Shown here one piece after another: positions 26,521 through 36,815 of a DNA stretch of 64,000 bases. The position numbers and the translations under genes were made by a program. How positions within the stretch are numbered: the first letter of the stretch is position 1; the number at the start of each line of letters is the position of its first letter. This stretch comes from an uncultured Actinomycetota bacterium (GTDB taxonomy: Bacteria > Actinomycetota > Actinomycetes > Mycobacteriales > CADCTP01): NCBI GenBank assembly GCA_963785005.1, contig CAWATS010000008.1:95648-159647 (forward strand), written 5' to 3'. The notes beneath the pieces are model-generated. The model was not told where the DNA came from. It made no database searches and saw nothing but the letters and a program-made list of their open reading frames with translations.

Positions 26521-28161
26521 GTGGGGTTCGTGGACGTGGCGCACGTGTCGGTCGTGCTGCCGGACGGTCGGGTGCTGCTCGACGACGTGAGCTTCCGCGC
26601 CGGCGAGGGGGCCAAGGCCGCCCTGGTGGGGGCGAACGGCACCGGCAAGACGACGCTGCTGCGCGTGGTGGCCGGCGATCTCGCGCCGTCCTCCGGCACG
26701 GTGGCCAGCTCCGGCGGCGTCGGCGTGATGCGCCAGTTCATCGGTTCCGTGCGGGACTCGACGACCGTACGGGAGTTCCTGCTCGGCCTGGCACCGGCGG
26801 CACTGCGCGCGGCGGGCGAGCGGCTGGAGGCGGCCGAGTGGGCGCTCGCCGAGGTGGAGGACGAGCCGACCCAGCTGAGGTACGCGGCGGCGCTGGCCGG
26901 GTGGGGCGATGCCGGCGGCTACGACGCCGAGGTGCTCTGGGACACGGTGACGGTCGCCGCGCTGGGCGCCCCGCTCGACGACGTGCAGCACCGCACCGTT
27001 CGCACCCTGTCCGGCGGCGAGCAGAAGCGGCTTGCGCTGGAGGCCCTGCTGCGCGGGCCGGACGAGGTGCTGCTGCTCGACGAGCCGGACAACTACCTGG
27101 ACGTGCCGGCCAAGCGCTGGCTGGAGGAGCGGCTGCGTGCCACCGCCAAGACGGTGCTGTTCGTCAGCCACGACCGCGAGCTGCTCGACCGCACGGCCGA
27201 CCGGGTGGTGACCGTCGAGGCCCGCTCGACCTGGGTGCACGGCGGCGGCTTCGGCACGTACGCGGCTGCCCGCGACGACCGGCTGGACCGCCTCGACGAG
27301 CTGCACCGGCGCTGGGACGAGGAGCACGAGCGGCTGCGCGAGCTGGTCCGGACCCTGCAGCAGCAGGCGAAGAACAGCGACGCCATGGCCAGCCGCTACC
27401 ACGCCATGCAGACCCGGCTGGCGAAGTTCGAGGCGGCCGGGCCGCCGCCGGAGCGGCCGGTCGAGCAGCGGGTGGCGATGCGGCTGGCGGGCGGCCGGAC
27501 CGGGGTGCGGGCGCTCAGCTGCGTCGGGCTGGAGCTGACCGGGCTGATGCGGCCGTTCGACCTGGAGGTCTTCTTCGGCGAGCGGGTGGCGGTGCTCGGC
27601 TCGAACGGCTCCGGCAAGTCGCACTTCCTCCGGTTGCTGGCCGGCGACCCGGTAGCGCACCGCGGCGCGGCCCGGCTCGGCGCCCGGGTCGTGCCCGGGC
27701 TGTTCGCGCAGACGCACGAGCGGCCGGACCTGGCCGGCCGGGTGCTGGTGGACATCCTCTGGCGCGGCGACGGGCGGCGGGCCGGGCTGGACCGCGGCCG
27801 GGCGATCGGCGTGCTGCGCCGCTACGGGCTGCACGCTCAGGCCGACGAGCGCTTCGACGTGCTCTCCGGTGGCCAGCAGGCTCGGCTGCAGGTGCTGCTG
27901 CTGGAGCTGTCCGGCGCGACGATGCTGCTGCTCGACGAGCCGACCGACAACCTCGACCTGGTCAGTGCGGACGCGCTGCAGCAGGCGCTGGCGTCGTACC
28001 AGGGGACCGTGCTGGCGGTGACCCACGACCGGTGGTTCGCGCGCTCGTTCGACCGGTTCCTGGTCTTCGGCGCGGACGGCGCGGTGGTCGAGTCGGCCGA
28101 GCCGGTGTGGGATGCCGGCCGGGTCGAGCGGGTGCGCCAGCCCGGAGCCGCCGCTCCTTGA
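26521..28161 (+). CDS. ABC-F family ATPase (two ABC cassettes, no TM domain)
   Basis: GTG 26521; GANGTGKTTLLR and GSNGSGKSHFLR Walker A; LSGGEQKRLAL and LSGGQQARLQV signatures; Arg/Glu-rich inter-domain linker. Confidence 0.9.
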   Translation: MGFVDVAHVSVVLPDGRVLLDDVSFRAGEGAKAALVGANGTGKTTLLRVVAGDLAPSSGTVASSGGVGVMRQFIGSVRDSTTVREFLLGLAPAALRAAGERLEAAEWALAEVEDEPTQLRYAAALAGWGDAGGYDAEVLWDTVTVAALGAPLDDVQHRTVRTLSGGEQKRLALEALLRGPDEVLLLDEPDNYLDVPAKRWLEERLRATAKTVLFVSHDRELLDRTADRVVTVEARSTWVHGGGFGTYAAARDDRLDRLDELHRRWDEEHERLRELVRTLQQQAKNSDAMASRYHAMQTRLAKFEAAGPPPERPVEQRVAMRLAGGRTGVRALSCVGLELTGLMRPFDLEVFFGERVAVLGSNGSGKSHFLRLLAGDPVAHRGAARLGARVVPGLFAQTHERPDLAGRVLVDILWRGDGRRAGLDRGRAIGVLRRYGLHAQADERFDVLSGGQQARLQVLLLELSGATMLLLDEPTDNLDLVSADALQQALASYQGTVLAVTHDRWFARSFDRFLVFGADGAVVESAEPVWDAGRVERVRQPGAAAP

Positions 28162-28182
28162 CGACCGACTACCTGGTGACAG

Positions 28183-28200
28183 ATACTCGGTGCCGAGTAT
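28183..28200. promoter_or_regulatory. Perfect 8-bp inverted repeat ATACTCGG-TG-CCGAGTAT; candidate PadR operator
   Basis: Lies 20 nt upstream of the PadR start, in an otherwise GC-rich spacer. Confidence 0.5.
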
Positions 28201-28219
28201 TCGGAGTCGAGGAGTGGTC

Positions 28220-28828
28220 GTGGCGAAGGGATCGGTGTCCAACCCGCTGGCGCTGGCGGTGCTCGCCTGCCTGGCGGAGCAGCCGATGCATCCGTACGAG
28301 ATGGCCACGACCATGCGGGAGCGCGGCAAGCACGAGAGCATCAAGCTCAACTACGGCTCGCTCTACACGGTCGTCGAGTCACTGCAGAAGCACGGCCTGA
28401 TCGCCGCCCGGGAGACGGTGCGGGAGGGCCGCCGGCCGGAGCGCACCGTCTACGAGATCACCGAGGCCGGGCGGCTGACGTTCACCGCCTGGCTCAGCGA
28501 GCTGATCGGCACGCCGAGGAAGGAGTACACCTCGTTCGAGGCCGGGCTGACGCTGCTGGGCGGGCTGCCCCCGGATCAGGTCGTCGCGCTGCTCGGACAG
28601 CGGACCGCGCTGCTCGGCGCCGAGATCAGCCGGGTCCGCGCGATGCTCCAGTTCGCCGCGGAGAAGGAGGTCCCGCGGCTGTTCCTGGTCGAGGCCGAGT
28701 ACCGGATCGCGCTGCTGGAGGCCGAGCTGGAGTGGGTGCGCAAGCTCGCCCCCTCGATCGCGGACGAGAGCCTCGACGGGGTCCCGCTGTGGCGGAGCTT
28801 CCACGAGGGGGCGCCCCGGGACGGCTAG
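28220..28828 (+). CDS. PadR-family transcriptional regulator
   Basis: GTG 28220 (or 28214) after GGAG; [54 protein letters not shown]...TVYEITEAGR (winged HTH). Confidence 0.88.
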   Translation: MAKGSVSNPLALAVLACLAEQPMHPYEMATTMRERGKHESIKLNYGSLYTVVESLQKHGLIAARETVREGRRPERTVYEITEAGRLTFTAWLSELIGTPRKEYTSFEAGLTLLGGLPPDQVVALLGQRTALLGAEISRVRAMLQFAAEKEVPRLFLVEAEYRIALLEAELEWVRKLAPSIADESLDGVPLWRSFHEGAPRDG

Positions 28829-28969
28829 GCAGGCGTCCGGCGGGGTGCGCCAACACCCCGCCGGACCGGAACCCGCAGGCATCACACCGCCGGAGCGACG
28901 CTGGCCCGCGAGGCCGCAGCTCAACGATAGCCAGGTCGCACTCCGGCGCACGAGAACAGGAGTACGACC

Positions 28970-30043
28970 ATGCCCAACGACGTGCGCACCGAGCACGCCG
29001 TCGCCGTGCGCGACCTCGTCAAGACCTACCCCGGCGGGGTCCGGGCGCTCGACGGGATCAGTCTCGCCGTGCCGCCCGGCACCGTGTTCGGGCTGCTCGG
29101 CCCGAACGGGGCCGGCAAGTCCACCACCGTCAAGATCCTCACCACGCTGACCAGGGCCGACTCCGGGCAGGCCACCGTCGCCGGGCTGGACGTCGCGCGG
29201 CAGCCCGACCGGGTGCGGCACGCCATCGGCTGCGTCTTCCAGAAGCACTCCGTCGACCTGGAGGCCACCGGCCGGGAGAACCTGACCCTGCAGGGCCACC
29301 TCTACGGCATGCGCGGCGCCGACCTGCGCAGCCGGGTCGACGAGCTGATCGGCCGCTTCGGCCTGGCCGACGCCGCCGGCCGGCTCACCCGGACGTACTC
29401 CGGCGGCATGCAGCGCAAGCTGGACGTGGCGATGGGCCTGGTGCACCACCCGGCGGTGCTCTTCCTGGATGAGCCGACCACCGGGCTGGACCCGGAGGCG
29501 AGGGCCGAGATGTGGGCCGAGATCGCCGGCATGGCCCAGGCCGAGGGACTGACCGTGCTGCTCACCACGCACTACCTGGAAGAGGCGGACCGGCTCGCCG
29601 ACCGGCTCGCGATCGTCGACCGCGGTCGCGTCGTCGCCGAGGGCACCCCGGAGCAGCTCAAGGACGGCCTGCGCGGCGACGCGCTGGTGGTCGAGCTGGC
29701 CGACGTGCCGGCCGAGGGCGCGGTCCGCGGAGCGCTGGCCGCCCTGGACGGCGCCCTGCGCGAGGTCAAGCTCGACGGCCGCACGCTCCGGGCCCGGGTC
29801 GACGACGGCGCCCGCGCGGTTCCGGCCGTGCTCTCCGAGCTGGACGGCGCGGGGCTGACCGCGGCGTCGGTCACCGTCGCCAGACCGTCGCTGGACGACG
29901 TCTACCTGCGGCTGACCGGCCGCACCTTCGACGCCGCCGACACCGCGCACGCGATCGGACCGCGGAACGGCGGGCGGACGCCCGCAGATCCCGACGCTGC
30001 CGACGTCGCCGAGCCGGTGCGCGCCACGGAGGTGGCCCGGTGA
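28970..30043 (+). CDS. ABC transporter ATP-binding protein, DrrA-like (ABC-2 exporter type)
   Basis: ATG 28970; [17 protein letters not shown] Walker [16 protein letters not shown] signature, [11 protein letters not shown] Walker B. Confidence 0.92.
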   Translation: MPNDVRTEHAVAVRDLVKTYPGGVRALDGISLAVPPGTVFGLLGPNGAGKSTTVKILTTLTRADSGQATVAGLDVARQPDRVRHAIGCVFQKHSVDLEATGRENLTLQGHLYGMRGADLRSRVDELIGRFGLADAAGRLTRTYSGGMQRKLDVAMGLVHHPAVLFLDEPTTGLDPEARAEMWAEIAGMAQAEGLTVLLTTHYLEEADRLADRLAIVDRGRVVAEGTPEQLKDGLRGDALVVELADVPAEGAVRGALAALDGALREVKLDGRTLRARVDDGARAVPAVLSELDGAGLTAASVTVARPSLDDVYLRLTGRTFDAADTAHAIGPRNGGRTPADPDAADVAEPVRATEVAR

Positions 30044-30810
30044 GCACCTTCGTCGCGGAGCCCACGTACCTGGCCGCCCGGGGCGTCCGGGCGTTGCTCC
30101 GGCAGCCCTGGTTCGTGGCGATCACCCTGGTGCAGCCGATCATCTGGCTGCTGCTGTTCGGCGCGCTGTTCCAGCGCGTCGTCCCGTCGCCCGCGGGCGG
30201 CTCGTACATCGCCTTCCTCACCCCGGGTGTCGTCGTGATGTCCGCGCTGTTCTCCAACGGCTGGGCCGGGATGGGCTTCATCACCGACATGGAGCGCGGC
30301 GTCATGGACCGGATGCTGGTCAGCCCGGCCCGGCGCGGCTCCCTGATCGCCGGGTCGCTGCTGCACCAGCAGGTCACCACCGTGGTGCAGACCGCGATCA
30401 TCCTCGGGATCGGCATGCTGGCCGGCGCCCGCTTCCCCGGCGGGCCGCTGGTGATGCTGGCGTTCCTGGCCGGCACGGTGCTGCTGGGTGCGGCGTTCGC
30501 ATCGTTCTCCAACGCCCTCGCGCTGCTGCTGCGCAGCGAGCAGTCGGTCATCGGGGCGGTGACCTTCCTGGTCCTGCCGCTGTCGTTCCTGTCCTCCATG
30601 CTGGTGCCGGCCGCCTACCTGCCGGGCTGGATCGAGGCCGTCGCCCGGTGGAACCCGGTCGAGTGGGTGGTGCTGATCGGCCGGCAGACGCTGGTCGAGG
30701 ACGTCGACTGGGGCGTGGTGCTCTCCCGCGGCGGCGGGCTGCTCGCGCTCGCGCTCGTCGCCGGGTGGCTGTCCGCCCGGGCGTTCCGCGCCTACCAGCG
30801 CTCGGTCTGA
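30040..30810 (+). CDS. ABC-2 type transporter permease (DrrB-like)
   Basis: GTG 30040 in a GTGA overlap with the ATPase stop; six hydrophobic segments; ...[27 protein letters not shown]. Confidence 0.88.
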   Translation: MSTFVAEPTYLAARGVRALLRQPWFVAITLVQPIIWLLLFGALFQRVVPSPAGGSYIAFLTPGVVVMSALFSNGWAGMGFITDMERGVMDRMLVSPARRGSLIAGSLLHQQVTTVVQTAIILGIGMLAGARFPGGPLVMLAFLAGTVLLGAAFASFSNALALLLRSEQSVIGAVTFLVLPLSFLSSMLVPAAYLPGWIEAVARWNPVEWVVLIGRQTLVEDVDWGVVLSRGGGLLALALVAGWLSARAFRAYQRSV

Positions 30811-30851
30811 GCCGCAGGGCGGGTCCGACGGCCTCCGCCGGCCGGGTCACT

Positions 30852-30881
30852 TTGACCCGGTCGGCGGGCCGAAGGTATCCT
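30852..30881 (+). promoter_or_regulatory. Candidate promoter of rplM-rpsI (-35 embedded in a perfect hairpin at 30842-30860)
   Basis: TTGACC (30852-30857), 18-nt spacer, TATCCT (30876-30881). CCGGGTCA-CTT-TGACCCGG inverted repeat overlaps the -35. Confidence 0.45.
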
Positions 30882-30935
30882 CGACCGCTGGCGCGTGCGG
30901 CGCGCCTCCCCGCTCCGATCAGAGAAGGCAGTCCT

Positions 30936-31379
30936 GTGCGCACGTACAGCCCGAAGCCCGGTGAGGTCACGCGGCAGTGGCACGTGATCGACGCCGACGA
31001 CGTCGTTCTCGGGCGGCTGGCCAGCCAGGTGGCGATCCTGTTGCGGGGCAAGCACAAGCCGCAGTTCGCGCCGCACGTCGACACCGGTGACTTCGTCGTC
31101 GTGGTCAACGCCGCCAAGGTCGTGATGACCAGCGACAAGGCCGAGCGCACCTTCGCCTACCGGCACTCCGGCTACCCCGGCGGCCTGCGCAAGCAGACGT
31201 ACGCCGAGCTGCTGCGCAAGCGCCCGGAGCGGGTGGTCGAGCAGGCGGTGAAGGGCATGCTCCCGAAGAACACGCTGGGCCGGAAGATGCTCACCAAGCT
31301 CAAGGTCTACGCGGGCCCCGACCACCCGCACGCCGCGCAGCAGCCGGCCCCCTTCGAGATCACCCAGATCGCGCAGTAA
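30936..31379 (+). CDS. rplM: 50S ribosomal protein L13
   Basis: GTG 30936; [59 protein letters not shown]. Confidence 0.97.
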   Translation: MRTYSPKPGEVTRQWHVIDADDVVLGRLASQVAILLRGKHKPQFAPHVDTGDFVVVVNAAKVVMTSDKAERTFAYRHSGYPGGLRKQTYAELLRKRPERVVEQAVKGMLPKNTLGRKMLTKLKVYAGPDHPHAAQQPAPFEITQIAQ

Positions 31380-31388
31380 AGGATCCTC

Positions 31389-31802
31389 GTGACCGACCCC
31401 ATCGCGTACGACAGCTCGAGGCCCGTCCAGACGGTCGGCCGCCGCAAGGAGGCCATCGTCCGGGTCCGGCTGCTGCCGGGCACCGGCCAGTTCACCCTCA
31501 ACGGCCGCACCCTGGAGCAGTACTTCCCCAACAAGGTGCACCAGCAGCTGATCCGCGAGCCGCTGGTGACCCTGGAGAAGACCGAGCAGTACGACGTGAT
31601 CGCGCTGCTCAAGGGCGGCGGCGTCACCGGCCAGGCCGGCGCGCTGCAGCTGGCGGTCGCCCGGGCGCTGATCGAGGTCGAGGCCGACGACCGGCCGGCG
31701 CTGAAGAAGGCCGGTTTCCTCACCCGGGACCCGCGGGTGAAGGAGCGGAAGAAGTACGGTCTGAAGAAGGCGCGCAAGGCGCCGCAGTACTCGAAGCGGT
31801 AG
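31389..31802 (+). CDS. rpsI: 30S ribosomal protein S9
   Basis: GTG 31389; ...[32 protein letters not shown]...[14 protein letters not shown]. Confidence 0.97.
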   Translation: MTDPIAYDSSRPVQTVGRRKEAIVRVRLLPGTGQFTLNGRTLEQYFPNKVHQQLIREPLVTLEKTEQYDVIALLKGGGVTGQAGALQLAVARALIEVEADDRPALKKAGFLTRDPRVKERKKYGLKKARKAPQYSKR

Positions 31803-31861
31803 TCCCCCTCCGCCGCTTGCCACCTGGTGACCTCCGGGCGCCCGGCCGATGGAGGATGCGC

Positions 31862-33196
31862 GTGGGACGGCTGTTCGGTACGGACGGGGTGCGCGGGCTG
31901 GCGAACGCCGAGCTGACCCCCGAGCTGGCGCTCTCGGTCGCGGTCGGCGCGGCCCACGTCCTCGGCGAGCACGAGCTGCACGGGCGGCGGCCGGTGGCCG
32001 TCGTCGGCCGCGACCCGCGGGCCAGCGGCGAGATGCTCGAGGCCGCGGTCGTCGCCGGCCTGACCAGCGCCGGCGCGGACGTGCTGCGGGTCGGCGTGCT
32101 GCCCACCCCGGCGGTCGCGCACCTGACCGCCGACGCCGGCGCGGACCTCGGCGTGGTGCTCTCGGCCAGCCACAACCCGATGCCGGACAACGGCATCAAG
32201 CTGTTCGCCCGCGGCGGGCACAAGCTGCCGGACGAGATCGAGGACGAGATCGAGGCGCGCGCCGGGGAGTCCTGGACGCGGCCGACCGGCGCCGGTGTCG
32301 GCCGGGCGCGGGACCTGCCGGACGCCGCCGAGCGCTACGCCGAGCACCTGCTCGGCACCCTGTCGCACAAGCTGGACGGCCTGCGGGTCGTCGTCGACTG
32401 CGCGAACGGCGCCGCCTCGACGGTCGCGCCGCTGGTGCTGGCCCGGGCCGGGGCCGAGGTGACCGCGCTCGCCGCCGAGCCGGACGGGCTGAACATCAAC
32501 GCCGGCGTCGGCTCCACCCACCTCGACGGCCTGGTCGCCGCGGTCCTCGAGACCGGCGCCGACGCCGGGGTCGCCTTCGACGGCGACGCCGACCGCTGCC
32601 TCGCGGTGAGCGCCGCCGGCACGGTGGTCGACGGGGACGGCATCCTCGCCGTCTGCGCGCTGGCGCTGCGCGAGGAGCGCCGGCTGACCGCCGAGACGGT
32701 GGTCGCGACCGTGATGAGCAACCTCGGCTTCCACCACGCGATGCGGGACGCCGGGATCCGGGTGCTCACCACCCCGGTCGGCGACCGGTACGTGCTGGCG
32801 GCGCTGCACGAGCGCGCGCTGTCGCTCGGCGGGGAGCAGAGCGGGCACATCGTGTTCCTCGACGACGCCACCACCGGGGACGGGCTGCTGACCGCGCTGC
32901 AGCTGCTCGCCCGGATGGCGGGGACCGGGACGCCGCTGGCCGAGCTGGCCTCGGTCGTGCGCAGGATGCCGCAGGTGCTGCTCAACGTGCCGGTCGCGGA
33001 CCGGACGCGGATCGCCGCGGCACCGGCCGTGCTCGACGCGGTCGCGGCGGCCGAGCGGGAGCTGGGCGACGACGGCCGGGTGCTGCTGCGGCCGTCCGGC
33101 ACCGAGCAGGTCGTGCGGGTGATGGTCGAGGCGCCCACCCAGGCGGTCGCGGACGAGATCGCGCGGCGGGTCGCCCGGACCGTCGCGTCCGGCTGA
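31862..33196 (+). CDS. glmM: Phosphoglucosamine mutase
   Basis: GTG 31862, 5 nt after GGAGGA (alternative ATG 31856); [20 protein letters not shown]...[18 protein letters not shown] (phospho-Ser loop). Confidence 0.95.
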   Translation: MGRLFGTDGVRGLANAELTPELALSVAVGAAHVLGEHELHGRRPVAVVGRDPRASGEMLEAAVVAGLTSAGADVLRVGVLPTPAVAHLTADAGADLGVVLSASHNPMPDNGIKLFARGGHKLPDEIEDEIEARAGESWTRPTGAGVGRARDLPDAAERYAEHLLGTLSHKLDGLRVVVDCANGAASTVAPLVLARAGAEVTALAAEPDGLNINAGVGSTHLDGLVAAVLETGADAGVAFDGDADRCLAVSAAGTVVDGDGILAVCALALREERRLTAETVVATVMSNLGFHHAMRDAGIRVLTTPVGDRYVLAALHERALSLGGEQSGHIVFLDDATTGDGLLTALQLLARMAGTGTPLAELASVVRRMPQVLLNVPVADRTRIAAAPAVLDAVAAAERELGDDGRVLLRPSGTEQVVRVMVEAPTQAVADEIARRVARTVASG

Positions 33197-33237
33197 CCGC
33201 CGGACGGCTCCGGGCGGCTCACGTAGGCTCGTGAAGC

Positions 33238-35117
33238 ATGTGCGGCATCGTGGGGTACGTCGGGCACCAGCAGGCGCTGGACGTGGTGCTGGAGGGGCTG
33301 CGACGGCTGGAGTACCGGGGGTACGACTCGGCCGGCGTGGCGGTGCTCGACGGCGCGGGCGGGATGGCATGCGAGAAGCGGGCCGGCCGGATCGAGAACC
33401 TGGACAAGGCGCTGGCGGTGGATCACCCGGGCGGCATCCGCGGCACCACCGGGCTCGGGCACACCCGCTGGGCGACGCACGGCCCGCCGACCGACCGCAA
33501 CGCGCACCCGCACCTGGACGCCGCGGGCGAGGTCGCGGTCGTCCACAACGGGATCATCGAGAACTTCGCGCCGCTGCGGGCCGAGCTGGAGGCGGCGGGT
33601 GTCGAGCTGCGCAGCGAGACCGACACCGAGGTGGTCTCGCACCTGCTGGCGGCCGCGCTGCCTTCCCCGGCGGAGCCGGGAATGGGCATGCCGGCGGTGA
33701 CCTGGCCGAGGCGATGCGGGTGGTCAGCCGCCGGCTGCACGGCGCCTTCACCCTGGTCGCGCTGCACCGCGACCGGCCCGACCGGCTGGTCGCCGCCCGC
33801 CGCAACTCGCCGCTGGTGGTCGGCGTCGGCGCCGGGGAGCACTTCGTGGCCAGCGACGTCGCCGCGTTCGTGGCGCACACCCGGGAGGCGGTCGAGCTCG
33901 GTCAGGACCAGGTCGTCGAGATCCGGGCGGACGGCTACACCGTGACCGACTTCGCCGGCGAGCCGGCCGAGGTCACGCCGTTCCGGGTCGACTGGGACCT
34001 GGCCGCCGCGGAGAAGGGTGGCCACCCGTACTTCATGCTCAAGGAGATCGAGGAGCAGCCGGCCGCGGTCGAGGCCACCCTGCTCGGCCGCCTCGTCGAG
34101 GACCGGGTCGTGCTGGACGAGCAGCGGCTGGACAGCCAGGAGCTGCGCGACGTCGACAAGGTCTTCGTCATCGCCTGCGGCACCGCGTACCACGCCGGCC
34201 TGATCGCGAAGTACGCGATCGAGCACTGGACCCGGGTGCCGGTCGAGGTCGAGATGGCCTCGGAGTTCCGCTACCGGGACCCGGTGCTGGACCGGGACAC
34301 GCTGGTGGTGGCGATCTCGCAGAGCGGCGAGACGGCCGACACGCTGGAGGCCGTCCGGCACGCCCGGGAGCAGAAGGCGCGGGTGCTGGCGATCTGCAAC
34401 ACCAACGGCGCGCAGATCCCGCGGGAGTCCGACGCGGTGCTCTACACCCGGGCCGGCCCGGAGATCGGCGTCGCCGCGACCAAGACCTTCCTGACCCAGA
34501 TCGTCGCCGCCCAGCTGGTCGGGCTCGCGCTCGCCCAGGCGCGGGGGACCAAGTACGGCGACGAGGTGGCCAGGGAGTTCGCGGCGCTGGAGGCGATGCC
34601 GGCGCTGATCGGTGAGGTGCTCTCGGTGGTCGAGCCGGTCCGCGAGCTGGCCCGGGCCATCGCCCCGTCGAAGGCGGTGCTCTTCCTCGGCCGGCACGTC
34701 GGCTATCCGGTGGCCCTGGAGGGCGCGCTCAAGCTGAAGGAGCTGGCGTACATGCACGCCGAGGGCTTCCCGGCCGGGGAGCTCAAGCACGGCCCGATCG
34801 CGCTGATCGAGGACGGGCTGCCGGTGGTGGTGGTGATGCCGTCGCCGCGGGGCCGGCCGGTGCTGCACTCGAAGCTGCTCTCGAACATCCAGGAGGTCCG
34901 CGCCCGCGGCGCCCGCACGGTGGTCGTCGCCGAGGCCGGCGACGAGGCGGTCCGGCCGTACGCGCACCATCTGATCGAGGTGCCGCGCACGCCGACGCTG
35001 CTCAGCCCGCTGGTGACGGCGGTGCCGCTGCAGGTGCTGGCGGCCGAGATCGCGCAGGCCCGCGGCTACGACGTCGACAAGCCCCGCAACCTCGCCAAGT
35101 CCGTCACCGTCGAGTAG
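33238..35117 (+). pseudogene. glmS: Glutamine--fructose-6-phosphate aminotransferase GlmS, frame-disrupted as assembled (-1 shift between about 33660 and 33700). Most likely an assembly indel, because the gene is normally essential.
   Basis: ATG 33238 MCGIVGYVGHQQALDVVLEGLRRLEYRGYDSAGVAV...HTRWATHG...VVHNGIIENF...TDTEVVSHLLAAAL in frame 1. Then ...GDLAEAMRVVSRRLHGAFTLVALH...RRNSPLVVG...SIS domains...KPRNLAKSVTVE* in frame 0. Length is 3n+2. Confidence 0.9.
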
Positions 35118-35148
35118 CGCCGCGCGGTCTCGGGGGCGAGGAGGAGGG

Positions 35149-36504
35149 ATGGGTCGGGACGGCGGCACCCGCGCAGGAGCCCGGCGGCACCGGGTGGGGG
35201 AGCTGGTCATCGAGGACCGGGAGGAGCTGCTGTTCCTGCTGGGCGAGGCGGCCGAGCTGGAGCATGCGGTCTGCTGCGGGTACCTGTTCGCGGGGTTCAG
35301 CCTGCGCAGCGGTCCGGACGACGGGCTGGCCGGCGAGCAGCTGGCGGCGGTCACCCGCTGGCGGCGGGCGGTCAACCTCATCGCCCTGCAGGAGATGGTG
35401 CACCTGGCGATGGCGAACAACCTGCTCGCCGCGGTCGGCGGCGCGCCGCACCTGAGCCGGGCGCCGTTCCCGCAGCGGCCGGGCTACGCCCCGGAGATCA
35501 CGCTCGCGCTCACCCCGTTCGACGAGGCCACCCTGCAGCGCTTCCTGCACATCGAGCGGCCCGAGGGCCTGGACATCTCCGACGTCGCCGGGAAGGTGCG
35601 CCGGACCGGCTCGGTGCCGCGGCCGGCCGAGCCGCCGATCGTCGCCGGGCCGCAGGAGTTCGACAGCCTCGGCGGCCTCTACCGCGGGCTGGAGCGCGGC
35701 CTCGCCCACCTGGTCGACAAGTACGGCGAGGCGGCGGTCTTCGTCGGGTCCCGGCGGACCCAGTCCGCGGCGAGCCTGTTCGCCTTCCCGGCGCAGGTCC
35801 CCGAGCTCGTGCCGGTCACCGACCTGGCCAGCGCCCGCAGGACGATGGACGTGATCGTGGCCGAAGGCGAGGGCGCCCAGGGCGACTGGTCGACCGCCCA
35901 CTTCGGACGGTTCCTGAGCATGCTCACCGAGCTGCGGGCGCTGCGGGAGCGGGACCCGGCGTTCGCTCCCGCTCGACCGGTCGCCGAGAACCCGCACGTG
36001 CGGCGGCCCCGGGCCCTGCTGCGTTCCCCGCACTGGCCGCCGCCGGGTGCCCGGCCCGGCCTCACCGTCAGCCTGCTCGACGACCCGGCCGCGGTACGGG
36101 TCAGCGACCTGTTCGACGCCTGCTACGCCGTGCTGCTGCGGGTGCTGGAGCGCTTCTTCAACCACGGCGAGGAGACGACCGCCGAGCTGCGCCTGCTCGC
36201 CGACGCGGCGGTCGAGCTGATGTGGAGCGTCATCCGGCCGCTGGGGGAGCTGCTGACCCGGCTGCCCGCCGGGCCGTCCTCGCCCGGCCGGACCGCGGGA
36301 CCGGGATTCCGGCTCGACGGGTGGACGCCGGTCACCGCACACAAGCGGGCCGCCTGGGTGGTCCTCGGCGAGCGGCTCGACGAGCTGGCGGAGGCCGCCG
36401 GCCGGCTGGGCGAGGTCTCGACACCGGTGCTGCCGGCGGTTGCCGCCACCCTGCACACCCTCGCCGGCCGCTTCGCCCCGGTCGGAGGCGGTCGGCGGCC
36501 CTGA
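35149..36504 (+). CDS. Ferritin-like domain protein (uncharacterised di-iron-like family)
   Basis: ATG 35149 after GGAGGAGGG; ...LLGEAAELEHAVCCGYLFAGFSL...LIALQEMVHLAMANNLLAAVGG (paired ExxH-type helices). Confidence 0.7.
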   Translation: MGRDGGTRAGARRHRVGELVIEDREELLFLLGEAAELEHAVCCGYLFAGFSLRSGPDDGLAGEQLAAVTRWRRAVNLIALQEMVHLAMANNLLAAVGGAPHLSRAPFPQRPGYAPEITLALTPFDEATLQRFLHIERPEGLDISDVAGKVRRTGSVPRPAEPPIVAGPQEFDSLGGLYRGLERGLAHLVDKYGEAAVFVGSRRTQSAASLFAFPAQVPELVPVTDLASARRTMDVIVAEGEGAQGDWSTAHFGRFLSMLTELRALRERDPAFAPARPVAENPHVRRPRALLRSPHWPPPGARPGLTVSLLDDPAAVRVSDLFDACYAVLLRVLERFFNHGEETTAELRLLADAAVELMWSVIRPLGELLTRLPAGPSSPGRTAGPGFRLDGWTPVTAHKRAAWVVLGERLDELAEAAGRLGEVSTPVLPAVAATLHTLAGRFAPVGGGRRP

Positions 36505-36600
36505 CGCCGTCGCCGCCACGAGCCAGCGCTCGGCCGGTTGGGGGGTGACTTCCACCGCAGGAGGCGTTGAATGGGCGGCAGAGGTCGCGAGGTCCGATCA

Positions 36601-36804
36601 ATGCCGAGTCGGAGGCCGGTGCCGGTGGCGCGTGATCATCGCCTCACCACGCAGGAGCAGGGCGAGGGGCGCGTGCAGGCGCGGTGCTCCTGCGGGTGGC
36701 ACAGTCCGGTCTTCGGCGAGGACAAGACGACCGGCACCATGGACCCCCTGCAGCAGGCCGTGGAGGCCGGTGACCTGCACGCCTGGGAGATGTCGATGCA
36801 GTAG
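36601..36804 (+). CDS. Small hypothetical protein (67 aa)
   Basis: ATG 36601; high GC3 in frame; MPSRRPVPVARDHRLTTQEQGEGRVQARCSCGWHSPVFGEDKTTGTMDPLQQAVEAGDLHAWEMSMQ; no recognisable family. Confidence 0.45.
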   Translation: MPSRRPVPVARDHRLTTQEQGEGRVQARCSCGWHSPVFGEDKTTGTMDPLQQAVEAGDLHAWEMSMQ

Positions 36805-36815
36805 CCGTCGCCGGC

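Noticed and set aside
33197-33237. glmS ribozyme/riboswitch upstream of glmS.
   Set aside because: Only 41 nt separate glmM and glmS, far too short for the ~170-nt ribozyme, and no conserved core is visible.
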